From contig VRMN01000018.1 in assembly GCA_008690995.1 (NCBI GenBank), positions 1 to 64,000 on the forward strand: a stretch of 64,000 bases of DNA, read 5' to 3'. The notes beneath the pieces are model-generated. The model did no database searches. It saw only the letters and a list, made by a program, of their open reading frames with translations, and was not told the origin of the DNA. The first letter of the stretch is position 1, and each line of letters opens with the position of its first letter. The position numbers were made by a program, and so were the translations under genes. This DNA comes from Porphyridium purpureum. Its lineage: Eukaryota. Shown in pieces: positions 20,221 to 29,787 of this stretch.

Positions 20221-21390
20221 ATGAAGGTGGTTGTGTGCGGCGAAGGCAATGCAGTGCATGTGATGATGGCTCAGATTGGCAGCGTGCCGGACGTGCAGCT
20301 GAGCGTGTTCGGGATGCTGCAGGGCGAACACTTGAAGGCCGAGCTGGCCAAGAATAGCAACCAGGTGGTGTGTCATAACCCGGACGGGTCGTCCACGACG
20401 GGCACGGTCAAGGAAGTGTCGCTCGATCCCGCACATGTCATCCCCGGCGCCGACTTGGTCTTGATTCCACTGCCTGTGTTTGCCCACAGGCCCTTCCTCG
20501 AGGCTATTCGGGACCACGTCAGCCCCGCTACCGCCATTGGTCTGCTGCCCGGCCAGGGTGGGTCGCAGTGGCTTGCAAAGAAGATCTTTGGTGATAAATT
20601 CAGAGACGTGACTCTATTTGGCACGGACAAATTGCCGTACAACGCGCGGATCGAGGAATTTGGCAAATCTGTTCGCCTCTTTGGGCTCAAGACGGAGCTG
20701 GGCTGTGCATCCATTCCGAAGGACAAAGACGCGCACTGTGCCCAGCTTATCAGCAAGGCTCTGGCCGGATTTGTCACGGGGAAACCAAAGGGCGAAATGC
20801 TGCACGTTACGCTGATGCCCGTCAATCAGTGCATCCACCCGTCACGCATGTACTCGCTGTTCCACGACTGGGACGGCAAGACGCCGTACGAGAATAACCC
20901 ACTGTTCTACGAGGAAATGTCTGAAGAGGCGGTCAAGATCATGCAAGGTGTGGACGATGACATCCAGAATGTGGCGGCCGGTGTCGACAGGGCGCTCGGT
21001 GCTTCGCTCGAGGTGCCGCGCATCCACCCCATGCTCGTTTCCTGGTATGACTCAGATCTCATTGGAGATGCGAGCTCTCTGCTTTCCTATTTCCGCACGA
21101 ACAAGGGCTATGCCGGCATCGGCACGCCCATGGTGCAGGTAGATGGGGGCTGGTTCCCAGACTACAAGAGTCGCTACTTCTCCGAGGATATTCCGTTTGG
21201 GCTGTGCGTGACGCGCGGCGTGGCCACGATGGTTGGAGTCGCCACACCGACGGTCGATATGTTGATCTTGTGGGCGCAAAATATTATGCAAAAGGAGTAC
21301 TTGAAAGATGGCGAGTTCTGTGGGAAGGACGTTGGAGAGACGTTTGCACCCCAGGCGTTCGGTTTTCACGACGTTCAAGAGCTCCTGTAG
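20221..21390 (+). CDS. Opine (tauropine/octopine-type) dehydrogenase
   Basis: Rossmann start MKVVVCGEGNAVH, ADLVLIPLPVFAH, PGQGG, LPYNARI, NQCIHP, PLFYE, SRYFSEDIPFGL, VATPTVD. Confidence 0.88.
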   Translation: MKVVVCGEGNAVHVMMAQIGSVPDVQLSVFGMLQGEHLKAELAKNSNQVVCHNPDGSSTTGTVKEVSLDPAHVIPGADLVLIPLPVFAHRPFLEAIRDHVSPATAIGLLPGQGGSQWLAKKIFGDKFRDVTLFGTDKLPYNARIEEFGKSVRLFGLKTELGCASIPKDKDAHCAQLISKALAGFVTGKPKGEMLHVTLMPVNQCIHPSRMYSLFHDWDGKTPYENNPLFYEEMSEEAVKIMQGVDDDIQNVAAGVDRALGASLEVPRIHPMLVSWYDSDLIGDASSLLSYFRTNKGYAGIGTPMVQVDGGWFPDYKSRYFSEDIPFGLCVTRGVATMVGVATPTVDMLILWAQNIMQKEYLKDGEFCGKDVGETFAPQAFGFHDVQELL

Positions 21391-21497
21391 GTCAGGCCTC
21401 GGCAAAGCGACGACAATAGTGAGTAAATTGGTAGATAGAAAGCGAGGGAGGGTAGAGCCAGCTTGCGCACGCAAGACCCAACCATTTTTCGCAAAGG

Positions 21498-22280
21498 CTA
21501 CCGCAGCGACAGCTGGGCGGGATCTTCAAGCCGCACACAGCCTTCCGGCAGACTACCGAGCTCAATGTCTCCGAACGCGACGCGGTGTAGCCGGAGCGCC
21601 TGGCTGCCTACGGCCAAAAGCATGCGGCGCACTTGGCGGTTCTTGCCTTGCCGAATACCAATTTCAAGGTCTGTATTTTTGCCCCGAGTCGCAAGTACAG
21701 TTACGGTTGCTGGTGCGCTGATGCCCAGGCCACCGCTCATCTGCACACCGTTTCGCAGCGCCTCGAGCTCGGCGATCCCTAACTGGCCCGCTGCGTGTAC
21801 GAAGTACCTCTTTTGCACGGCAGCATGAGCAGATGGGTCTGTTGCTTGGAGCACCCACGGCGCATAGTTTGTGAACAACAGCAATCCCGTTGTGTCCAGG
21901 TCCAACCTTCCCAGCGTATGCCACATGTGCCTGTGCGCGCCATGCTTGACACTATTGCGCAATGCCGAGCTCTCCGAGCCGCGAATTCCGTAGCGCTCCA
22001 CTAGTGCGCGCTCAAAGTGTGCATACACTGTTTCGCGCCGCAGTTCATCTCTATGTGTGCACACGAGTCCCTTGGGCTTGTGGAAAGAAACGAGCAGCCG
22101 TGCCTCGACAATGTGAACCAAGGCCTTTCTATGTGCGCGTTGCGCGCGGGACCACGAGCGGCGCGGTGGTTGCGCACTCGGCTCGCGGGACGAACGCGTC
22201 ACGCAGACCATTTCTCGAGAGCAAGGTAGCGAGCTCGGAGCAGCGGCGCACACGCACATCCACGCGGCACACGCGGCCAT
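21498..22280 (-). CDS. Pseudouridine synthase, RsuA/RluE family (probably organellar)
   Basis: HKPKGLVC, GRLDLDTTGLLLFTN, KRYFV, QGKNRQVRRM, LRLHRVAFG; start uncertain. Confidence 0.9.
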   Translation of the reverse strand: MAACAAWMCVCAAAPSSLPCSREMVCVTRSSREPSAQPPRRSWSRAQRAHRKALVHIVEARLLVSFHKPKGLVCTHRDELRRETVYAHFERALVERYGIRGSESSALRNSVKHGAHRHMWHTLGRLDLDTTGLLLFTNYAPWVLQATDPSAHAAVQKRYFVHAAGQLGIAELEALRNGVQMSGGLGISAPATVTVLATRGKNTDLEIGIRQGKNRQVRRMLLAVGSQALRLHRVAFGDIELGSLPEGCVRLEDPAQLSLR

Positions 22281-22579
22281 CTCGCCAGGGTCTCACGCGC
22301 CGTCGCGCAGCGCTTGCACGATGGGACGCGCTCGCGCGCGAACCGTCCCAGTGGAAGGATAGCCGCGGAGAAATTCTCCGCAGAAACCGCGCCTGGACAT
22401 TTGCTTGCCACCATTTCCACCAGGCATACACGTTTCCGTGTCACGAAGCGTGCTGCCATCGTAAAACGAGGCTGTTTGAGTATGAGGGTATGCGCTGCGA
22501 GAGCGCGTGCTGGCGTGAGTGCCAACGCAGCGAGAGCGCATCCTGACGACGCAGACGCCTTCCAAAACAAGCACAGATC

Positions 22580-24232
22580 ATGGAGATGCCCGCAGCGCAG
22601 GCGCAAAGCAGCGCGCAGGGACAGGCGCCCGGGTCCGCGGCGGGCAGCGCAAGTGGAATCGAGAGGGTGCGCGTCCGCGTCAAGAAGCTGGCCGCTGCGA
22701 CAGCGGCGCAACGGAGCGCCGCGGCGACTGCGTCAGCGCGCGACAACGCAGTACTGGAGCCGGTCATGGGCGCGCATGATACAGTTCTCGACTTGAAGCG
22801 GTTCATCCAGGCACATGACATGGGTAGACCGGAGCTGAGCTCGCAGCGCTTGGTTGCGGCGGGTAAGCTGCTACAAGACGAAACCAAGCTGATCGATCTG
22901 GTTCCAGATAATCAGGCAGGGAGTGCGGAGCCGCAAGTGGTCATTCATCTCGTTGTACCCAGAAAGCACGGTGCGCACGGTGCGCCACTGGGGAACGGAC
23001 CTGCAGATAGTACGCAACGACAGCAGCCGCGCTCGGAGCCGCCTGCCACAGGCGCGGGCGCACCGTTTACCCCACTCGCGCCACCGGGCGCGGGCGTTGG
23101 GGTCCCATTTGTCCCGTTTATGCCCTTCGTTCCTGTCCAGGATCCCGCTTCTCAGTGGAATCACTTTCAACTTCAGAACCAACGTGCGAATGGCTCCGGT
23201 GGCGTACCTCCTGTGGACATGACCCACTGGATGCAGATGTACGTGCAGGTTCAGATTCAATACCAACAGCAGATGCAGCATCTTATGATACTGTACGCTC
23301 ACGCGCGAATGCAACAGGCCGCTGCCCAGAATGGTGATGCTCAGCCACCCGCGGGTGCAGTTCCTCGATCAGATGCCCCTTCGAACTCCTCGGGCACTTT
23401 GCGCGATCTTTCATCTGTATCCGCACCAGTGGCGCATCCGGAGGGGCTTCCAAGAAGTGTGGCGTCGCAATCGGCTCAAGATCCGGCGTTGGTTCGCGTG
23501 GGCACCTCGACAGGGACCGCCCCGCCTCGGCAACGACCAGTAGATCCTATGTCGAGTGTGGAAAACCAGGGACTGCAAGAAAGGCATCGGCATCACCAGG
23601 GACAACAGCAAGTGCAACCGCAGCCGCCGCCGCCGCCGCCGCAGCAGTACGAGGAGCAGCCAATGCGACAACATGCGCGTGTGCAAATGCATCAGCGTCC
23701 GATGGTACTTCGGTTTGAAATCAACTGGGCACTCATTCTGAAACTCGCTTTTGTTGTGTTCTTGATTGGACAGGAAGGACCACCGTGGAAGATCTTTCTC
23801 ATGTCTTTTGTGGCCGTCATGATATACATGTGGCAAATCGGGCGCCTGGCGCCTCTCCAGCGGTTCGTGGAGCAGAACTTTCCTAATCCAGCTCGCTTGT
23901 TTCCAGTGCTTCCGGATGGTGACCTGCCCCAGGAGAATCAGGGCCAGCATGGGCATGAGCAGCAGTTTCCTGCCAACGCACGAGAAGACAGAGGCGATGC
24001 CTTGCGTGCTGGTCAAGCCACGCCTTCTGCTGGAAGCCAAGTTGGACCCCCAAATCGGCCAAGCTTGTACTTTTTGTCCTTTTTCTACGGGCTCATATGC
24101 TCTCTGGTGCCTTCTTGGCGGCCACCGCGTGCTGCTGAAGCTTTGAGACCACCAGCGCATCCGGCGCCCGCGGGCGAAGATGTGAACGCAAACGCAAATG
24201 CTTTTCAAGAACACAGACCGCACGATGAATGA
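22580..24232 (+). CDS. Ubiquitin-like-domain membrane protein (HERPUD-like)
   Basis: UBL domain (TVLDLKRFI...QRLVAAGKLLQD...VIHLV), Q/P-rich middle, C-terminal hydrophobic segments (LILKLAFVVFL, SFFYGLICSLVP). Confidence 0.8.
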   Translation: MEMPAAQAQSSAQGQAPGSAAGSASGIERVRVRVKKLAAATAAQRSAAATASARDNAVLEPVMGAHDTVLDLKRFIQAHDMGRPELSSQRLVAAGKLLQDETKLIDLVPDNQAGSAEPQVVIHLVVPRKHGAHGAPLGNGPADSTQRQQPRSEPPATGAGAPFTPLAPPGAGVGVPFVPFMPFVPVQDPASQWNHFQLQNQRANGSGGVPPVDMTHWMQMYVQVQIQYQQQMQHLMILYAHARMQQAAAQNGDAQPPAGAVPRSDAPSNSSGTLRDLSSVSAPVAHPEGLPRSVASQSAQDPALVRVGTSTGTAPPRQRPVDPMSSVENQGLQERHRHHQGQQQVQPQPPPPPPQQYEEQPMRQHARVQMHQRPMVLRFEINWALILKLAFVVFLIGQEGPPWKIFLMSFVAVMIYMWQIGRLAPLQRFVEQNFPNPARLFPVLPDGDLPQENQGQHGHEQQFPANAREDRGDALRAGQATPSAGSQVGPPNRPSLYFLSFFYGLICSLVPSWRPPRAAEALRPPAHPAPAGEDVNANANAFQEHRPHDE

Positions 24233-24384
24233 TTGTATCTGAATGACAGCCCGTGCGACTCTCTCCGTGTTTCCATATCCCACAAAAACAAAGTAAAGAT
24301 GAACTCGCCGCGGACCCAGCGAGAGCGCCAAGTCCACTGGTTGCGTGCATCACAGAAAGCCTGGGCGGCCATGCATAAGATTTA

Positions 24385-26307
24385 CTAGTGTGCGTTGTAT
24401 TCGTTCAAACGCTCTGGCTCGGCGTAGCATTTGTGCTTTGCTGTGCGGTGGCTTGCAACACTCTTGCCACATATCTCGCATTGCACATTCTGCACTCCGT
24501 CAGAGTGAAGTGACCGCTTGTGTGCGTGCAAGTTGGAGAGCACTGAAAAGGTCTTTCCACAATGCTCGCACACGAAAGGCCGTTTTTTCTCATGGACAAT
24601 TCTCACGTGGTCCTGCATGTGTGCTTTGCGCGAGAACGTGCGCCCGCATCGCTCACACGGAAATGAGGGCTTGGGCGTTGCTGAGCCCGGAGCATCCTTG
24701 GTTGACGCAATCTTCAGAACGCCTCTGTCTGTCCCTGGTGGAAGGTTCAACTGTCTTGCATCCGCGCGCCAGTTCTGCGTTGAACGCCGTGTGTCAGACA
24801 AGCCTTGTCGGTTGATATGTGTTTCGTCAGCAGCACAAGCGCTAGCCGTAGACGTTCCGACCAGCTCACTCTGACCACTCGATTCTGCGATGCGGCGCGC
24901 GGGAACGACTGCGGCATCTTGATCGGCAACTTGATCGGCATCTTGATCGGCAACTTGATCGGCAACTTGATCGATATCTTCACAAATATGTTTAGCCGGC
25001 AGCGCCATCAAAGGCGGACCTTTTGTCCTCACACCCGAAACTCGCTCTTCGTTCAGCCTGGCAGGCACTGCAGTCGCTCGAGAGTCAGGTAAACGTGGCT
25101 CAGGTGCAGACGGACTCAGTACAATGCTATCCGTATCTTCTGTGGAAATTCTTTTTGAATACGGGAGACAGTCGATGGCCACTGTCCGCCGATCTTCTCG
25201 CTTGGAGGACTCTTTGAACCTCAGTGGGCCCATGTCCTCGAAAACCTTGCCGCCCGCGCGACGAGAGGAAGGCGGATTTGATCGTGACTTGGCTCGCTTC
25301 CGCTTTGTGCCTGGCGTGGACGAAATGTCTTCCAGCGATGCCGGCGGCTCTAGCGCTAGGCAGAACGTTTCTAACTTTTTGTGAGGCAGCGAACACCCAC
25401 CAGGTTGACGCGGAAAGGACTTGAGGCACGCGTCCCGCACGAACAGGCTCTGAATGTCAGAGACATCCATTCGCTGATGGCAATGCTCGGCCGTGACGCG
25501 AATGAACGTTTTGGTCCGCACCACAGGGTGGAAGGCACGCGGCAGCTTGATGTTTGCGCCCACCATGTGCAATGCGTAATACAGCTCTTGGTCAAATCGG
25601 CGGGTGCGTTCGCACCTGTCGAGAAAGTAGCCTGACCATGTTTCCCAGCCGAATGCAGCGACCTCCGGACTGGCCCTCTCTGGCTCTGCATACGAGAGCA
25701 TCGTGGTCATTGTTTCAGGACATGTGCAGCGCGACCGATTAAGAAATGAGCACAGTCCGCAATCCGCGGCTTTGAATACCGAGACGTGTTGTGTGAAAGG
25801 AAGCTCCGAGGCAAAGACATGATCAATACTTTCGAGCAAGAAGCTGTCGACTTCTAGCCGGTTCGAGTGAAAGGTCCGTTGATTCATCAGTATCACATGG
25901 CCCGTGTCAAAGTGCGTACTGGTAAGGTGACCGAAAGCCGACAGACTCGGGCGGGAGAAGATGACCATTCTCGATAGCATATTTTGACGGCTTCCCTTGG
26001 GCAAACTGTGAAGCAAAAGTTCTCCCCAGCGCGTGCCCAGTAGCAACCCATCAATTTCGTGGTGCAGTAGGAAGGCGCAGTCTGGTACCGTGAAGGGTTG
26101 CGACGATGACGTCTCTCCTTTCGACTGCACAATGATGTTGTCGAACGCGCGCCGCTCCGGTATGTCCAAGCCGCTACCCAGCAGCCAGTGGCGCGCGAGC
26201 GGGAACTGAGCGAGACAAGTGAGCAAGTCTGCCCACCCGAGCGACGCCACGCTGCCCGCATCGCTGTGCATGGGGCTCCCGCGCCCCATGCGGTAGGTCT
26301 TTTCCAT
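24385..26307 (-). CDS. C2H2 zinc-finger protein
   Basis: Three C-terminal fingers (CERC...H...H, CEHC...H...H, CEIC) with a KKRPF linker; start taken at MEKTY; internal 12-bp DQVA/DQDA repeat at about 24912-24973. Confidence 0.8.
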   Translation of the reverse strand: MEKTYRMGRGSPMHSDAGSVASLGWADLLTCLAQFPLARHWLLGSGLDIPERRAFDNIIVQSKGETSSSQPFTVPDCAFLLHHEIDGLLLGTRWGELLLHSLPKGSRQNMLSRMVIFSRPSLSAFGHLTSTHFDTGHVILMNQRTFHSNRLEVDSFLLESIDHVFASELPFTQHVSVFKAADCGLCSFLNRSRCTCPETMTTMLSYAEPERASPEVAAFGWETWSGYFLDRCERTRRFDQELYYALHMVGANIKLPRAFHPVVRTKTFIRVTAEHCHQRMDVSDIQSLFVRDACLKSFPRQPGGCSLPHKKLETFCLALEPPASLEDISSTPGTKRKRAKSRSNPPSSRRAGGKVFEDMGPLRFKESSKREDRRTVAIDCLPYSKRISTEDTDSIVLSPSAPEPRLPDSRATAVPARLNEERVSGVRTKGPPLMALPAKHICEDIDQVADQVADQDADQVADQDAAVVPARRIAESSGQSELVGTSTASACAADETHINRQGLSDTRRSTQNWRADARQLNLPPGTDRGVLKIASTKDAPGSATPKPSFPCERCGRTFSRKAHMQDHVRIVHEKKRPFVCEHCGKTFSVLSNLHAHKRSLHSDGVQNVQCEICGKSVASHRTAKHKCYAEPERLNEYNAH

Positions 26308-26527
26308 CAGCCGCTGCCGCTGCGGCGCGCATGCGTCCCTCGGCCACGCACGAGACCGGCCGGGGCGATTGCCCGGCAGCCGGACGCTAGTATTTGTCGG
26401 GGAGGCTCTTCTCCGCACCGCGCAAGCTGCCGACGCACGAGGAATGCATGAGCACACGCACGTGGCGGCTGCGGAACCGCCGCGCTGCGCGGCCACAGTG
26501 CACCTGCAGCACCCACAGCAGACAGAC

Positions 26528-26652
26528 GCGCTGTACCGCCGCCTTCTGCGTGCGCTGTACCCCGCCTTCCGTGTGCGCTGTACCCCGCCTTCTGCGTGCG
26601 CTGTACCCTGCCTTCCGTGTGCGCTGTACCCCCCGTCTTCTGCGCGCGCTGT
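26528..26652. repeat. Tandem repeat, 5 x about 23 bp (GCGCTGTACCCCGCCTTCYGYGT), in a divergent promoter
   Basis: Units start at 26528, 26552, 26575, 26598 and 26621, between the zinc-finger and cytochrome c1 starts. Confidence 0.9.
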
Positions 26653-26841
26653 TTGGCGCTGTTTTGTGATTTTCCGAGGCGCCCCGCGCGCAGGCGGGCG
26701 CGCGTCAACCGGTGCGCTGTGCGCGTCTTGGTGGGCGGTAGCAGTGGAGTGTGTGTGCGGAAACGAGGAACGCGCGGGTGTGTGCTCCACGATTGTGCGC
26801 GCGCGGCGGCCACAAGGGAAAGCGGTGCGGGACGTGGGAAG

Positions 26842-27660
26842 ATGTGGGGTCGGCTTCGGTCGCTTGCGCGCGTCGCGGCGGGCGTGGGCGCGCTGGGAGG
26901 CGCCGCGCTGGCGGGCGGATCGGTGCTGGCGTCCGACGAGGTGCTGCCCATCGTGCACATGCACTGGCCGCACTCCGGGTACCTGGACTCGTACGACGCC
27001 GCGTCGATCCGCCGTGGGTATCACGTCTACAAGAACGTCTGCAGCTCATGCCACAGCCTCGAGGCCATTGCATATAGGAATCTCGTGGACGTGTGCTTCA
27101 CCGAGGAAGAGGTCAAGCAGATTGCCTTGGAGACCGATGTGGAGGACGGCCCGAACGATAAGGGTGAGATGTTCACTCGGCCCGGGAAGCTCTCAGACTA
27201 CTTCCCAAATCCATACCCGAACGAAGAGGCCGCGCGCTACGCCAACAACGGTGCTCTGCCTCCCGATCTTTCGCTGATCACCAAGGCGCGGCATGGCGGA
27301 ATCGATTATGTGTTTGCGCTCCTCACGGGTTTCCGTGATCCACCAGAGGGAATTGAATTGAGGGAGGGCCTGCACTACAACCCGTACTTCCCCGGTGGCG
27401 CGATTGGCATGGCACAGCCGTTGTACGACGAAAGCATCGAGTACGAAGACGGAACCCCTGCCACGCTCAGTCAGCTCGCCAAGGATGTGAGCACCTTTTT
27501 GGCGTGGGCCGCCGAGCCTGAGCACGACAAGCGCAAAAGAATCGGGGCTGAGTGGATCTCGGGTTTAACTCTGCTCGCGCTCTTACTCGTTTACCAGAAG
27601 CGCCTCAGGTGGTCGCTGCTCAAGAATCGCCGAATTGAGTTCCCGGACATGGGCAAGTAG
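26842..27660 (+). CDS. CYC1: Mitochondrial cytochrome c1
   Basis: ASIRRGYHVYKNVCSSCHSL (CxxCH), ANNGALPPDLSLI, YNPYFPGGAIGM, WAAEPEHD, C-terminal TM; presequence present. Confidence 0.98.
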   Translation: MWGRLRSLARVAAGVGALGGAALAGGSVLASDEVLPIVHMHWPHSGYLDSYDAASIRRGYHVYKNVCSSCHSLEAIAYRNLVDVCFTEEEVKQIALETDVEDGPNDKGEMFTRPGKLSDYFPNPYPNEEAARYANNGALPPDLSLITKARHGGIDYVFALLTGFRDPPEGIELREGLHYNPYFPGGAIGMAQPLYDESIEYEDGTPATLSQLAKDVSTFLAWAAEPEHDKRKRIGAEWISGLTLLALLLVYQKRLRWSLLKNRRIEFPDMGK

Positions 27661-27971
27661 TCACAGCGTGCTCCCGCGACTTTGCAAGTGCACGCATCTG
27701 TGGGAAGAGCGCTAGTCCCGTGGATGTTGAGAAGTCCCTGTTTTGTGTGTGAGACCTGTATTCGGGATGAAATGAAACGTGGAAAAGGAAGTCCAAGTCC
27801 CTAGCCTGCTTTAGGGGAGACAAAAGCGAGCGGCGCACGCCACTTTGTGTGGTTGTGTGTCCGAAGTAAGTCTTGTTCCGTCCATCCAGTACATATTTCC
27901 ACAATTCGCGTTTTTCTTTGATATCTCAGGTTTGTCCAGGTTAAAACTATTAATCTATTTCACCACCAGCG

Positions 27972-29027
27972 CTACGCCGTGCAACGCGAAAGAATATTGG
28001 CAGCTTCCTTCGCGGTTGGGCGGTCTTCAGGCTTCTTCTCAAGCATCCTCGCCAGCAGATTGATGAGCTCGATGGCCTCTGGCCTCGACTCGGCTTCGTA
28101 GGATTCGGACATTCCCGCGTAACCGATGCGACCCATCATGGCCTTGCTCTGCGACAGCCAAAGTAAGAGGTCATACCGGCAGTGCGCAAACTCTTCGCGA
28201 AACGCAGCCATACGCTGTGACGAGCTGAGGCCAGGAAACATGACGTACATTCCCACGAGCGCAATCGAGAAAATGTCAAAGCGCTCGCGCGCACGATTCC
28301 ACGAGTCAAGAGCCTGTTCTGGTGCCGCAAAAATGGGGTCAAAGCACACGATTTTTCCGCCGATGCGCGACAGGCCGCTGCGCTCGCACGCCGAACCAAA
28401 GTCAATCAGTTTGACTGGGAATTCACTGTCTCTGGTGACAAGCAGGTTTTCTGGCTTGATATCGCGGTGGATGATGTTATGCTTGTGCAAGTGGTCGGTG
28501 GCTGCGAGCAGTTGACTGAGCAGACTACGCGTGAGTTCAAACCGGAGCGCTGTGGAGGAAGCGCCCGGGCTCATCTTGACACCCAGCCGCTCGTACAACT
28601 CCTGCGGGCGGTGGTTGTCGAAAAAGGCCGCCAGCGTGAAGCTATCAATTTCGCGCCGAAACAGTAAAATGTTCTGCTTGCCTCCCGGGCGCTCGTTCTC
28701 TGAAAAGCCTAGGTACTGAGGCCAGAAGCGCGGCTTGTTTTGACCGGTGATGCGTGCGTACATCTTCATCTCGACCTGGAGCAAGTCCTCAGCGAGCGGG
28801 TGGTCGTTGGGCGACTTGATGACTAGCTCTGTTCCGTCGCTCACCGCGACGCCGCTGAACACATTTCCAAAACTGCCCGATGCCATGGGGCGCTCAATCG
28901 TGAACTGGTCTGCGGTGATCAGGCCAGCCATGCGCAGCGCCGCGCGCTTATCGCGCCGCGCGGGCCTCACTGGGCGCGCGACGCAAAGGCCTTGAAGGCC
29001 GTGACGATGCTCCGAGCCCGACGGCAT
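27972..29027 (-). CDS. Ser/Thr protein kinase
   Basis: ASGSFG, VIK, HRDIKPEN, IDFG, APE, DIFS; start uncertain (28931, 29027 or further upstream). Confidence 0.88.
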   Translation of the reverse strand: MPSGSEHRHGLQGLCVARPVRPARRDKRAALRMAGLITADQFTIERPMASGSFGNVFSGVAVSDGTELVIKSPNDHPLAEDLLQVEMKMYARITGQNKPRFWPQYLGFSENERPGGKQNILLFRREIDSFTLAAFFDNHRPQELYERLGVKMSPGASSTALRFELTRSLLSQLLAATDHLHKHNIIHRDIKPENLLVTRDSEFPVKLIDFGSACERSGLSRIGGKIVCFDPIFAAPEQALDSWNRARERFDIFSIALVGMYVMFPGLSSSQRMAAFREEFAHCRYDLLLWLSQSKAMMGRIGYAGMSESYEAESRPEAIELINLLARMLEKKPEDRPTAKEAANILSRCTA

Positions 29028-29787
29028 TCTCGCCACCACCCCGACGGTGCTCACGCCACCGTGCGCGACGTGGCTGCCGCGTGCCGGCTCGCGCGGCGCT
29101 CGCCAGCAGCCGCACGCGCCGCCGCAGAGCCCACGAACATCACCGGCATGCTGCTCCGACCGTCCACGCACGCGCTGCCCATCCCGGCCTCCTGCCCTTC
29201 CCCGCCCGTCTGCCGCGCCCAGTCCCCCTCCACCTCCTTCGCCCACCTGCCCGCGCACACACCCGCATTCCACCCGCTGCGGAATCGCGTTGTGCGCGCG
29301 GGCGCGTGCGGCGCAGCGGCTGCTTGTAGCAAAACAGGCGCGCGCAGTGATCTTTTTGCAGTGCTGGCGGTTTGTTCTGGCGCTGCTATTTTTGTCGCAG
29401 CGTGTGGCCGCCAGCCACAACGCACGCGGCATTTGAAATGCGCACGCGCCCGTTGCAGAGGCGGCACTGTACCCCCGCGGCGCGCGGCAGCCGCTGTGCG
29501 TGTACGACGCGCCGCCCGCGCTGTACCGCGCGCTGCGGCTGCTGGTAGAACGCGCGCGGTTTGTGGTGATTCGCTGCTCGCCTGCGGGGAGCGGGTGGCG
29601 CGGCGAGACGGACGAACGGACGAACGCGCGGAGCGGCGCAGGTACGCCACCCGGCGCGAGATATGGACCGGGTTTGTGGTGTGTGGAAACGCCGCCCCGC
29701 TGCCGGCGCGATGCGGCGGCTGCTTGTTCGGCAGAACGCCTCGCTCCAGTGGGGCGGCGCCGCGCGGCGCCGCGTCGTGGCGCCGCG

